Part shown: in pieces, positions 50,828-60,552 of the stretch | How the letters are laid out: every line of letters begins with the position of its first letter | Numbering within the stretch: position 1 is the stretch's first letter | From: Alphaproteobacteria bacterium | Lineage (GTDB): Bacteria > Pseudomonadota > Alphaproteobacteria > JAAXGF01 | Assembly (NCBI GenBank): GCA_046758065.1 | Contig: JBHHZM010000001.1 | Coordinates: 7,822-71,821 of the forward strand | DNA: 64,000 bases | Direction of reading: 5' to 3' | Notes under the pieces: model-generated | The model's input: the letters and a program-made list of their open reading frames with translations, nothing else | Database searches by the model: none | What the model was told of the DNA's origin: nothing | Program-made: the position numbers and the translations under genes

Positions 50828-53650
50828 GTGTTGAATTCCAGTCAACGGAGCCGCTTGCCGGTTCGTCAAACGATCGGTCGCCTTGTCGCCGCGTCGGTTC
50901 TTGCACTGACGCTCGCTGGTGTCCCCGCCCTTGCGGCCGCCGACCGCGAACAGTCCAACCGGCACTACGAGGACGCGCAAGCCTACGTCAAGCAGGGCGA
51001 CGTGAATGCCGCGGTGATCGAGCTCAAGAACGCACTGCAGAGCGACCCCGACAACGTTGCCGCGCGCTATCTGCTCGGTGAGATCTATGTGCGGACGGGA
51101 AACGGCGCGTCCGCCGAAAAGGAGCTCAAAAAGGCGCGCGAGCGCGGCCTCGACGAGGCGCGCGTGGCCGTTGCCTTGGCGCGGGCTTACCTGCTGCAGG
51201 GCAAGTTCAACGCCGTTCTCGAAGAGATTCCACGCGGCGAACGCGGCAACGATATCGAAGCGGCGATCGCCCTTGAACGCGGCCAGGCGTACTTCGGCCT
51301 CAACCGGGTCGACGAGGCCCTCGCCGCGTTCGAAGAGGCGCACCGTCTCAAGCCGGAGGATGCGGGGGTCAACATGGCGCTGGCGCGCGTCTTCGTTAGC
51401 AAGGGAGACATCGCGGCGGCCGAGGAACAGGCCGACACGGCGTTGTCGCTCGCACCCGAAATCGCCGATGTCTGGGTTCTCAAGGGCGAGCTTCGGCGTC
51501 TCCAACACGACCTCGAAGCCGCCGTCTCGCACTTCGACAAAGCGATCGAGATCCAGGCGAACAACGTCCCGGCGCGACTCGGCCGTGCGGCGGCGCTGAT
51601 CGACCTCAATCGTGACGACGCGGCGTTGGCCGACATCGACGTGGTGGCGAAGGCGGTTCCGAACCACCCGCTCGCATCCTACCTCGCGGCGCTCCTCGCG
51701 GCGAAGCGGAAGGACTATGGCACGGCCCAGGACCGCCTGCTGGAAGTTTTCCGCGTCCTGAACGATCACCTGCCGAGCATCTTTCTGTCCGGCGCCGTCA
51801 GTTACGCCCAGAACCAGCTCGAGCAGGCGGAGCACCAACTGAGACGTTACCTCAAGGCCGTCCCCCGCCACGCGGCGGCAAGAAAACTCCTCGGCGCCAC
51901 GCTGATCCGCAAGAACCAACCGGCCGGCGCGATCGAGGCGTTGCTGCCGGTGATCGAGGACGCGCCCGACGACGCCCAGGCGCTGGCCCTCCTGGGCAGC
52001 GCGTATATGCAGGACCGGCAGTACGCCAAGAGCACGGAGTATTTCGAGAAGGCGGCGGCGGCGTCACCGGAAGCCGCGTCGGTCCGCACGCAACTCGCGC
52101 TGAGCCGCATGGCGACCGGAGAATCCCAGCTTGCGCTTCAGGATCTCGAATCGGCCTTCGAACTCGACAGCGATCAAGGCCAGGCGGGAATTCTCCTCGC
52201 GCTCGCCCAACTGCGAAGCGGCAACTACGACGAAGCGATTAAGACTGCCGACGAGCTCGGCAAAAGACTCCCGGACAATCCGCTGCCCTTCAACCTCAAA
52301 GGCGCTGCTTTGATCGGCAAGGACATGTTCGCCGAAGCGCGGCAGAGCTACGAACAGGCGCTCAAACTGCAGCCGGATTACTTTCCTGCGACGATGAACC
52401 TGGCGCAACTCGATATGCGCGAGGGTCGGCCCGACGAGGCGAAGGCGCTCTACGAGTCGATCCTGGAAGTTGACGCCGGCCATGCGGGCGCGCTGATCGC
52501 CCTCGCGCGGATGGCGATGAGCGAGAAGCGTCCCGATGACGCCGTCGCGTTGCTCGACCGGGCGCGCGCGGCCAATCCGAAAAGCCTGCAGGCGCGGCTG
52601 TACCTGGTAAACCTCCACATCCAGCGGCGCGAGGCCGGAAAGGCGCTGACCGTGGCCCGTGAGCTCGAACAGATCGGCCCGCAGAGTCCGCAGGCCCTCG
52701 ACGCTCTCGCCAGGGCGCAGATCGCCAACGGCGAGGCGGAGAGCGCCGTCGCCACCTACCGCCGCATCATCGCGTTCAATAACGCTTCAGCCGGGGTCTA
52801 CCAGCGTTTAGCAGCGGCACAAGTGGTGGCGGGTGACATGGCGGGAGCCCGGGAATCGCTGGCGACGGCGCGCTCGGTTGACCCCAAGTTCCTGCCCGCA
52901 CGGATTGCTTCCGTCGAACTCGAGCTGCGCGACGATAAGCCGGATGCCGCGCTCGCGCTGGCGAAGGAACTGCGCGACGAGCAGCCCGACTCCCCCGTCG
53001 GCGACATGCTCGTGGGCGATGCGCTGATGCGCACGGAGCGGTTTGCCGAGGCCGCCGAGGCTTATGCCCGGGCGAGCGGGAAAAAGAACAGCGCCGCGCT
53101 CGCCGTACGCCGGTACAACGCACTCGTCAAAAGTGGCGATACGGACCGCGCGCTGGCGATTCTCAAGGACTGGGTCGACGCCAATCCCGACAATCACGCC
53201 TCGCGGCTGGTTCTTGCCGGCGCCTATCTGAAGGCGCGACGCTATCCCGAGGCAATCGAGAATCACGAACAGCTCCTCAAGATCGATCCGAAAAACCCGG
53301 TGATCCTTAACAACCTCGCATGGATCTATCTTGAGACCGGCGACCCGCGGGCTCTCGACTACGCCGAGAAGGCTCATGAAAACGCACCCCAGTCGGTTTC
53401 GATCACCGATACGCTGGGCTGGATTCTGACACGCCAGGGGCAGGGCGAACGAGGACTCGAACTGCTCAAGAAAGCGAGCGCTCAGGCGCCTGCGGAATCC
53501 GAAATCCGCTTCCATTTGGCGGTGGCGCTGAACAATCTCGGCCGGCGCGACGAGGCGCGCCGTGAGCTCGAAAGCGTGGTCAAGTCGGGAAAACACTTCG
53601 CCGCCATGGACGAAGCGCGCTCCCTCCTGCGCGAACTGTCGCAGCAATGA
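50828..53650 (+). CDS. prsT: PEP-CTERM system TPR-repeat lipoprotein PrsT
   Basis: The 940-aa product has a signal peptide and is almost entirely tandem TPR repeats. It lies immediately after prsK-prsR. Confidence 0.8.
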   Translation: MLNSSQRSRLPVRQTIGRLVAASVLALTLAGVPALAAADREQSNRHYEDAQAYVKQGDVNAAVIELKNALQSDPDNVAARYLLGEIYVRTGNGASAEKELKKARERGLDEARVAVALARAYLLQGKFNAVLEEIPRGERGNDIEAAIALERGQAYFGLNRVDEALAAFEEAHRLKPEDAGVNMALARVFVSKGDIAAAEEQADTALSLAPEIADVWVLKGELRRLQHDLEAAVSHFDKAIEIQANNVPARLGRAAALIDLNRDDAALADIDVVAKAVPNHPLASYLAALLAAKRKDYGTAQDRLLEVFRVLNDHLPSIFLSGAVSYAQNQLEQAEHQLRRYLKAVPRHAAARKLLGATLIRKNQPAGAIEALLPVIEDAPDDAQALALLGSAYMQDRQYAKSTEYFEKAAAASPEAASVRTQLALSRMATGESQLALQDLESAFELDSDQGQAGILLALAQLRSGNYDEAIKTADELGKRLPDNPLPFNLKGAALIGKDMFAEARQSYEQALKLQPDYFPATMNLAQLDMREGRPDEAKALYESILEVDAGHAGALIALARMAMSEKRPDDAVALLDRARAANPKSLQARLYLVNLHIQRREAGKALTVARELEQIGPQSPQALDALARAQIANGEAESAVATYRRIIAFNNASAGVYQRLAAAQVVAGDMAGARESLATARSVDPKFLPARIASVELELRDDKPDAALALAKELRDEQPDSPVGDMLVGDALMRTERFAEAAEAYARASGKKNSAALAVRRYNALVKSGDTDRALAILKDWVDANPDNHASRLVLAGAYLKARRYPEAIENHEQLLKIDPKNPVILNNLAWIYLETGDPRALDYAEKAHENAPQSVSITDTLGWILTRQGQGERGLELLKKASAQAPAESEIRFHLAVALNNLGRRDEARRELESVVKSGKHFAAMDEARSLLRELSQQ

Positions 53651-53683
53651 ACGCAGCGCCGGCGCGGACGGGCGGCTCCGCGT

Positions 53684-54667
53684 CTATTGGCCGGCGAGCT
53701 TGCGCTCCCAGGCGAGCGCGGTGGCGACGATGGTTTCGAGATCGTCGTGCTGTGGTGTCCAGCCCAGAACGCTGCGGATTCGCTTGCTGTTGGCGACCAG
53801 CCGGGGCGGATCGCCGGCGCGTCTCTCGCCTTCGTTCACCGTAATCGTGGCGTCGGCGGTCGCCATCACGCAGTCGAGAACCTCGCGCACGCTATAGCCC
53901 TTGCCGTACCCGCAGTTGAGCACCACGCTTTCACCGCCCGATTCGAGATAGGAGAGCGCGTCGAGGTGAGCGCGGGCAAGATCCTCGACGTGGATGTAGT
54001 CGCGAATTCCCGTGCCGTCCGGGGTGTCGTAGTCGGTGCCGAAAATGGTCACCGAGGGACGGACGCCGACGATCGCCTCGCAGGCCACCTTGATCAGATG
54101 GGTCGCGCCCGGGAAGCTCTGCCCGATGCGGCCGCCGAAGTCCGCCCCCGCGGCGTTGAAGTAGCGCAGCGTGACATGGCGGAAGCCCGAGGAAGCGGCA
54201 TGATCGCGGAGAATCCACTCGCTCATCAGCTTCGAGGCGCCGTAGGGGTTGATCGGGCTGGTTGGCGCGGTCTCGTCGGCGCCGCCGTCGGGCGGTTCGC
54301 CATAGACCGCGGCGGTGCTCGAGAAGACGAAGCGCTCGACCCCGAAGGCGGCGCAGCACCGCACGAGACGGAGCGTATTGGCGGTGTTGTTGCTGTAGTA
54401 GTCGAGCGGGTGAGCGACCGATTCCGGAACCACGATGCTGGCGGCGAAGTGAAGCACGGCGGCGAAGCGCCGCTCGTCGAAGAGTTGACGAAGGCGCTCC
54501 TCGTCGGCCAGATCACCGACCACGAGTGACGCGCCGAGCACCGCCTCGCGACGACCCGTCGAAAGATTGTCGTAGACGACGACGTCGTGGCCCGCCGCGA
54601 CGAGCTGTCGCACAACGTGAGAGCCGATGTAGCCGGCGCCGCCGGTGACCAGGACTGTTTCGGGCAC
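53684..54667 (-). CDS. galE: UDP-glucose 4-epimerase
   Basis: Motifs VLVTGGAGYIGSH and YxxxK are present. A GGAGG SD precedes the ATG at 54667. Confidence 0.9.
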   Translation of the reverse strand: MPETVLVTGGAGYIGSHVVRQLVAAGHDVVVYDNLSTGRREAVLGASLVVGDLADEERLRQLFDERRFAAVLHFAASIVVPESVAHPLDYYSNNTANTLRLVRCCAAFGVERFVFSSTAAVYGEPPDGGADETAPTSPINPYGASKLMSEWILRDHAASSGFRHVTLRYFNAAGADFGGRIGQSFPGATHLIKVACEAIVGVRPSVTIFGTDYDTPDGTGIRDYIHVEDLARAHLDALSYLESGGESVVLNCGYGKGYSVREVLDCVMATADATITVNEGERRAGDPPRLVANSKRIRSVLGWTPQHDDLETIVATALAWERKLAGQ

Positions 54668-54678
54668 GTCGCCTCCGC

Positions 54679-56517
54679 CTAGATCTCCGGCAATTCCTTG
54701 CTCGCACCTTCGGTTTCCTCGCGGAGATCCGAGAGTGCGCGACCGAGAGATTTTGCCGAGGTCTGCCGCCCGGCATTTCCGCCGGTACGGCGTTTCTTCG
54801 GCCGGGCGATGTCCGCAGTGCCCGTGAAGGCGCGGCCGGCCTCGCTCAGTTCGCTGGCGAGCACCACGAACTTTTCGACGGTTTCGCGGCTCGCCCGGGC
54901 GGCGGCGTTCATCTCGGTGGCGGCGCCCGCGATCACCTTGCCCGCCGCCCCATCGTCATCGAGGACGGTGAGCAGCCGGTCCTGGGTGTCGACCACTTGG
55001 TTGAGAATGGGCGTCACCGACAGTGCGAGGCTTTCGACCACGGTCTGCAGGCCGCTGAAGGCGGCCGACGTCTTGGCCAGGTCCTTGCCGCTGGTCGCGA
55101 GCGCCGCGTTGGTGATCTGTTCGACCCGGTCCAGGGTCTTCTTGACCAACGCATCGAACTGCTTCGAATGCTTGTCGACGTCGCGCCCCAGATTGGACGA
55201 GAACCGCTTGAGCTGGGCGGCGAGCTGCTTGTTTTCCTTGGCATGCTGGCTGTGCTCCACCTCGATCGCGGCGCGCAGTTCCTTGGAGAAAGTCTCGGCC
55301 TGCGCCGTGATCTGCCGGTTGAGCGTGTCGGCCAACCCGGCGAATGCCTTTTCCACGTCGGTGGCGATCGCGCTCGACGATTTGAGCAGCTCGTTGACCT
55401 CGCCGAGCTGGTCGCCAAAGCGCGTTTCGAGTTCGCTCACGAACCGCTCCAGGGCCGCGGCGAGAAGCTGCTGCACGCGCTCGCCTTCGTCCCGGGTCGC
55501 CTGGTTGACCGCCTCGGTCAGCAAGGTCATGGGCCGGGCGAGCGCCGCCCGGATCGATGCGCTCAGCGCCTCGGAGGCGGCGCGGCCCTGGTTCGCAACG
55601 GCCTTGACGAGTTTCTCGTTCTCCTTGCCCAGCGCGGTCTTGAGGTCGCTTCCGAGGGTCGCGACCGCGCGTTGCAGAACGCCGGCCTCGCTCTCGATCG
55701 TCCGGGTCACGGCGTTCAGGTCCGGGGCGTTGCCGCCGAGTCGGAAGAGACCGTCGATGCGACGGCAAATCTCGCCGGTTTGCTGGTAGCGCAGCGCGAC
55801 CACGGCGTGATGGACGAAGCCGATTGCTACCGCGAAGCACAGCGCGAGGAACAGCGCGATCAGGCCGCCTTGGGCGCCGACGGCGAGTGCGCCGTACGAA
55901 ACCTCGCCCCATCCCGCGGTCGTGGCGTTCGTCCGCAGATGTTCGAGACCGTCGAGGAGTCCGAAGGCGAGACCGAGCACGCCGAGTCCGCACAGGATGG
56001 CCGGCAGCCGCCGGAAGAACCAGACGAAGAGCCGCGCATCGACCAGAATCTCCCGGCGGAAATAGGTCGCCGCCGGGACGACCGCGCGATAGCGGTCCGC
56101 GTCGCGGTGGCCGTCGTTCGGTGCGCTGTCTTCGGCCTGAAGCGTGATGCTGTAATTGGCGGCGAGATCGACGAGTTCATCGGCTTCTCCGAACGCGGTG
56201 AGAAAGCTGCGCCGGTCGGTGTGCTCGCCGTCGCGTTGGCGTGTCTCGAGCCGCGCCAGGCCGGAGAGGGCGTGCCGCGCCTTCATCCAGTCGCCGAGAC
56301 CGATCGCCACGAAGGTGAGCACGAACACGCTGGCAGCGGCCAGCAGCAGGCCGAATACGAACGAGATATAGCCTTGTGTGCTCAGGGCTCCGGCGTCCCC
56401 GCCGTCGAGCAGCGTCGAAGTGAACCAGGCCACGACGCGCGGACCCCGGGCGTACCCCTGAACGCCGGTGAACGCCGATACGGCGAGTGCCAGAATGATC
56501 CAGAACCGCATCAGCAC
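54679..56517 (-). CDS. Membrane protein with four N-terminal TM helices (MotA/ExbB-like topology) and a C-terminal coiled-coil tail of about 350 aa
   Basis: Layout is TM1-TM2, a roughly 100-aa cytoplasmic loop, TM3 (LPAILCGLGVLGLAFGLL, weakly reminiscent of the MotA/ExbB PxxGLxGT motif) and TM4. Heptad-like helical repeats run to the C-terminus. It ends 12 nt upstream of galE and is cotranscribed with it. Confidence 0.6.
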   Translation of the reverse strand: MLMRFWIILALAVSAFTGVQGYARGPRVVAWFTSTLLDGGDAGALSTQGYISFVFGLLLAAASVFVLTFVAIGLGDWMKARHALSGLARLETRQRDGEHTDRRSFLTAFGEADELVDLAANYSITLQAEDSAPNDGHRDADRYRAVVPAATYFRREILVDARLFVWFFRRLPAILCGLGVLGLAFGLLDGLEHLRTNATTAGWGEVSYGALAVGAQGGLIALFLALCFAVAIGFVHHAVVALRYQQTGEICRRIDGLFRLGGNAPDLNAVTRTIESEAGVLQRAVATLGSDLKTALGKENEKLVKAVANQGRAASEALSASIRAALARPMTLLTEAVNQATRDEGERVQQLLAAALERFVSELETRFGDQLGEVNELLKSSSAIATDVEKAFAGLADTLNRQITAQAETFSKELRAAIEVEHSQHAKENKQLAAQLKRFSSNLGRDVDKHSKQFDALVKKTLDRVEQITNAALATSGKDLAKTSAAFSGLQTVVESLALSVTPILNQVVDTQDRLLTVLDDDGAAGKVIAGAATEMNAAARASRETVEKFVVLASELSEAGRAFTGTADIARPKKRRTGGNAGRQTSAKSLGRALSDLREETEGASKELPEI

Positions 56518-56709
56518 GTGATGTTCCTCACGATCGCCGGGAGACGCTCGCCGCCGGCGTATGACGATCGCCGGGCGTGGCGCACGGCATGACTACGGCC
56601 TGCCGTCGCCGCGGGCGTGGCCATGGCAGTCTACACCGCCATTGGGACGAAAATACCGTAAAGTTTGTATGAATCGGCAAGCCGGACGCGCCGCTGCCCG
56701 GCGCAGCGG

Positions 56710-57711
56710 TCATGACGCGCCGACCATCCCCCGGATCTCGCGCGCGGTGGCCGGCCGGCCGCCAAGCTCGTTGAAGAAGTAGTCGAGGTAGCGCTCGATG
56801 CGCGCCAGGAACACGGCGAGATCGTCGTCGCTGCGCACGTAAGGCGTGTTGCCGGGTTCGAGCGACGGGCTGTGGTAGGCGAGACAGAAGACCCGGTGGC
56901 CGGTGGCGAACAGGGCCTCGGTCAGCCGTCGGTGCTCGGCGTGGTCGATGCCTTCGGGGGTGAGCTTGCTCCATTCGAGCAGCGCCAGTCGAGCAAAGAC
57001 GCCGGGGAGCCGCAGGCGCGCGCCGGGCGCCCCGGTCAAGGCGGGATAGAGCGCAGGCCCGGCGCGCGACAGGCAGCCGAAGAACCCGGCGCTGAGCGGA
57101 ATTTCGAGCAGCCGACCGCCCGGGCCGAAGCGGTAAGGCTTGGCGCCGCAACGGCGGAAGTCGGGTCCGAAGTCGCGGCGCATGTCGGCCGCCGGCACCA
57201 CGCTGGTGTCGATCTCGTAACCGAGCTCGGCGAGGATGTCGCCGGTCGCCGGGCCGACGCCATAGCGCCCCGCCTTGTAGGTAACCGGCCTGACGCCGAA
57301 GTTTTCCTCGATCGCCGCGGTGAGCCGGCGCAGCTTCTCGCGTTCGAGCCCGCGCGGCAGGTTGCCGGGGTAGGAGTTGTGCGCCGAGACCTCCTCGTCG
57401 AACGGCGGGTTGACCCAAGGGTGGAGGTGGGCGCCGATCTCGCACAGACCGTCCTCGCAGAATTCGCGCAAGGGCCGGTATCCCGCCTCCTGCGTCGCGA
57501 TGGGGTAATCGACGACGTAGACGGGACGGACGCCGTAGCGCTCGTAGACGCGATGTGCCCGCGCCTGATGACGGGTCGCGCCGACCGCGGTATTGGCGCG
57601 CGACAGCGGCCGCGACCAGTCGAATTCCTCTTCGGTGTCGACCACCACGACGAGGCGCGGCGCCGACGACGCCGGGATGTCGACGACCGAGCGGGCATCC
57701 GGGTTGAGCAT
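56710..57711 (-). CDS. Polysaccharide deacetylase family protein (PEP-CTERM-locus / WalW-like subfamily)
   Basis: A CE4/NodB-like region is present (VVVVDTEEEFDW ... HLHPW). The start was chosen at MLNPDARS. Confidence 0.75.
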   Translation of the reverse strand: MLNPDARSVVDIPASSAPRLVVVVDTEEEFDWSRPLSRANTAVGATRHQARAHRVYERYGVRPVYVVDYPIATQEAGYRPLREFCEDGLCEIGAHLHPWVNPPFDEEVSAHNSYPGNLPRGLEREKLRRLTAAIEENFGVRPVTYKAGRYGVGPATGDILAELGYEIDTSVVPAADMRRDFGPDFRRCGAKPYRFGPGGRLLEIPLSAGFFGCLSRAGPALYPALTGAPGARLRLPGVFARLALLEWSKLTPEGIDHAEHRRLTEALFATGHRVFCLAYHSPSLEPGNTPYVRSDDDLAVFLARIERYLDYFFNELGGRPATAREIRGMVGAS

Positions 57712-57860
57712 GCGGTCTCCGGCCGGGTTGCGGATGTCGGCGGGCGCGGCCGACGACGGCAGCGACGCCTTGCGCCCGGGGCATTGTAAACAATGCCGGT
57801 CGGGTATTGACACCCGCTAACCGTTGATCTCCCGCCCCGTATGCGGAACCGCCGCCGGCT

Positions 57861-57888
57861 CTTGAATCCCGCGTCTCGGTTCCTACAT
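57861..57888 (+). promoter_or_regulatory. Putative sigma-32 (RpoH)-type heat-shock promoter upstream of hsp20
   Basis: CTTGAA, a 15-nt spacer and CCTACAT match the alphaproteobacterial RpoH consensus CTTG-N17-CYTATNT. Confidence 0.3.
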
Positions 57889-57994
57889 TTCCGTCGGTCG
57901 GGAGGCCGATGATGGCTCCCACCGCCGACCCGGCCGGTTGTTCGGCGGGTCTGGTCTGCAACCGATGATATCGCTTCTGAAGGAGGATATTGCG

Positions 57995-58465
57995 ATGCGC
58001 ACCTACGATCTCACCCCCCTGTTCCGTTCGACGGTCGGCTTCGACCGCTGGAACGATCTGTTCGATACGGTCTTCGGCGGCGAGGAAACCGCCGCGACCT
58101 ACCCGCCCTACAACATCGAGAAGCTCGGCGAAGACAACTACCGCGTCACCCTTGCGGTCGCCGGCTTCAGCGACGACGACCTGAACATCACGGTTCAGGA
58201 GAACTTGCTGGTGGTTTCGGGCAAACGTTCCGAGACCCGCGACAAGGATGCGAAGTACCTCTATCGCGGCATCGCCAATCGCGCCTTCGAGCGCAAATTC
58301 AGCTTGGCCGACCATGTCCGCGTCAAGAGCGCCACGCTGACCAACGGCATGCTCACGATCGAACTCGTCCGCGAGCTGCCCGAGGCGATGAAGCCGCGCC
58401 AGATCGCCATCGAAACCGCGCCCGTCGCCGGAAAGAAGGTGATCGAAGGCGCCAAGGCGGCCTGA
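57995..58465 (+). CDS. Hsp20/alpha-crystallin family small heat-shock protein
   Basis: An alpha-crystallin domain is present (YPPYNIEKLGEDNYRVTLAVAGFSDDDLNI). A GAAGGAGG SD lies 8 nt before the ATG. Confidence 0.9.
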   Translation: MRTYDLTPLFRSTVGFDRWNDLFDTVFGGEETAATYPPYNIEKLGEDNYRVTLAVAGFSDDDLNITVQENLLVVSGKRSETRDKDAKYLYRGIANRAFERKFSLADHVRVKSATLTNGMLTIELVRELPEAMKPRQIAIETAPVAGKKVIEGAKAA

Positions 58466-58630
58466 CCGCCACGTGTAGCCGCCCGGCCGCCGCGCGCGGC
58501 CCGGGGGTCGAACGGGGGCCCCGCGAGAGGGACGCCCTTTCGTTCGACCGCCCGATCCGGATCGGATTAAGCCTTCGTTAACCGTGATCCTGCTATCCCG
58601 GCTATGAACCTCCGAGAGGTGTCCACCGGG

Positions 58631-58996
58631 ATGACCGACGCATCAGTCGACGAACGCTTTGCGCGCATGTTCTACGCGCGCGTGCCGCCGGCGCTGGTCA
58701 ACAGCTTCAGCGAAGAACAGATCGCGGCCATCCGCGACGCCTTCGGCGCCGAGCGGTGGGATCGCCACCCGGTCGACGTTCGCGGCACCGTGCCGCTGCC
58801 GTTCCGCCGCTGGTACTTCGTTTTCGTCGCCGGTCCCGACAAGCGCTCGAAAAAGCGCAAACGCAAACAGGCTGCCCGCGAGCGGCGCCCGGCGCGGCGC
58901 ATTTTCGGTGCCGCGGTATCGACCTTTGCGCTGATCTGGCTCGTCCTGCTCGTCCTCTATCTTCTGCTTCCCGCCGAACTGATCGAAGCGCTGTAG
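58631..58996 (+). CDS. Hypothetical protein with a K/R-rich segment and a C-terminal TM helix
   Basis: The 121-aa product has a KKRKRKQAARERR stretch followed by a hydrophobic tail (FALIWLVLLVLYLLL). No family could be assigned. Confidence 0.4.
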   Translation: MTDASVDERFARMFYARVPPALVNSFSEEQIAAIRDAFGAERWDRHPVDVRGTVPLPFRRWYFVFVAGPDKRSKKRKRKQAARERRPARRIFGAAVSTFALIWLVLLVLYLLLPAELIEAL

Positions 58997-59014
58997 CGCG
59001 CGCCGGCGGCTTTC

Positions 59015-60427
59015 TCAGAGCGCGGGTTTCGAGCCGGCCCAGGGGCGCACGCGTTCGAGCGCCGCGCCGACCCGGAGCACGCCGAGATCGTCATACCGCC
59101 GGCCGACGATCTGCAATGCCGTGGGCAGGCCGTCGCGCGAGAAGCCCGAAGGCACCGTCAGCGCCGGGCACTGGCTGACGAAGTTGAATACGCTCGTCAT
59201 GTCGTAGCCGTGATAGCGGCCCTCGGCGTCCTCCTCATCGAACTGGTCGTCCGAGCCGCCGACCGGCCGGGCGGGCAGCGCCATGGTGGGGCAGAGCAGG
59301 GCGTCGAAGCGTTCGAGAATCGGGGCCAGCGCCTGCCACTGACGGGTGCGCACGAACTCTAGCCGCTTGAAATCGACCGCGTTCATGGCCAGAGCGGTGT
59401 CCATCAGCCTGACCACGCCGGGATCCATGCGGTCGCGCCAACCTTCGAGGTGCTGGCCGAAGAAGCTGGCGAGATAGACGCTCCAGTGCGCGACCCAGGC
59501 GTCGACGACCTCGCGGCTCCAGCCGAGTTCAACCTCCTCCACCCGGGCGCCGGCATCCGCAAGCGCCGCGGCGGCGGCGCGCGTATTGGCCGCGACGTCG
59601 TCGTCGAGCGCGTAGAATCCGAGGTCGAGCGAAAGGGCGAGCCTGAGGCCCGAGACATCGCCGGGCGGTGGAACGACCACGTCGAGCGGGGGGCTTAGCG
59701 TCTGGATGTCGCGTTCGTCGGGACCCTGGGTCACGGCGAGGAAAAGCGCGACGTCGGCGACCGTGCGCCCGAGTGGTCCGAAGTGCGACAGCGCGTCGAA
59801 CTGGCTGGGCAGGATCTCGAAAGGGATGCGCCCGAAGCTCGGCTTGAGGCCGACCACGCCGCAGAGCGCCGCCGGTATGCGCACCGAGCCGCCCATGTCC
59901 GAACCCTCGGCGAGCGGGACGCAACCGGTCGCCACCGCAGCACCCGAGCCGCCCGAGGAGCCACCGGGCGAGCGCTCCGGGTTCCAGGGATTGCGGGTAA
60001 CGCCCCAGAGCGGGCTTTCGGTGAACGACGAATGGGCGAACTCGGGCGTTGTTGTCTTGCCCACGACGATAGCGCCGGCGGCCTCGAGCTTTTCGACGAT
60101 CACCGCGTCGCGCTCGGGCACCCAATGCTGGTAGACGCGCGAGCCCATGGTCGTGGTCTTGCCTTTGGTCGGGGTCATGTCCTTGATGGCGACGGGAACG
60201 CCGTGGAGCGATCCCAGCGGCGCGCCCGCGGCGACCGCCTGTTCGGCGGCGCGGGCCTTGGCCAGGGCCTCGTCGGGGTAGGTGAAGCAGAAACAGTTGA
60301 GCTTCGGATTGACCTCGTCGATGCGGGCGAGACTGTTCTCGATCACCGCGACGGGCGAAAGGGCGCCTTCGGCGATGCGTCGCGCGAGTTCCGTGGCCGG
60401 GGTATAGGCGAGCGCGAGGTCGGTCAT
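59015..60427 (-). CDS. Amidase (amidase-signature family)
   Basis: The amidase signature GGSSGGSGAAVA and a Ser-cisSer-Lys triad context are present. Confidence 0.85.
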   Translation of the reverse strand: MTDLALAYTPATELARRIAEGALSPVAVIENSLARIDEVNPKLNCFCFTYPDEALAKARAAEQAVAAGAPLGSLHGVPVAIKDMTPTKGKTTTMGSRVYQHWVPERDAVIVEKLEAAGAIVVGKTTTPEFAHSSFTESPLWGVTRNPWNPERSPGGSSGGSGAAVATGCVPLAEGSDMGGSVRIPAALCGVVGLKPSFGRIPFEILPSQFDALSHFGPLGRTVADVALFLAVTQGPDERDIQTLSPPLDVVVPPPGDVSGLRLALSLDLGFYALDDDVAANTRAAAAALADAGARVEEVELGWSREVVDAWVAHWSVYLASFFGQHLEGWRDRMDPGVVRLMDTALAMNAVDFKRLEFVRTRQWQALAPILERFDALLCPTMALPARPVGGSDDQFDEEDAEGRYHGYDMTSVFNFVSQCPALTVPSGFSRDGLPTALQIVGRRYDDLGVLRVGAALERVRPWAGSKPAL

Positions 60428-60552
60428 GAACCCGAGGTTACGCCGTTGCCGGCAACCGTTCCAGCGCTACGGCGCCGTGCCGCCGCGACGCGCCTGCATC
60501 GTAGGGCGGCCCATGGCGCCGCGGCCGCCGGTTGTGATATGAGGCGAGACGG

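Noticed and set aside
54679-56517. Calling the coiled-coil membrane protein a Zorya system
   Set aside because: No ZorB/MotB-like partner or ZorC/D genes are adjacent. Only the architectural resemblance is reported, as a finding.
56528-58315. 595-aa minus-strand ORF spanning the deacetylase and hsp20 region
   Set aside because: It is a biased-composition artefact overlapping two well-supported genes on other frames or strands.
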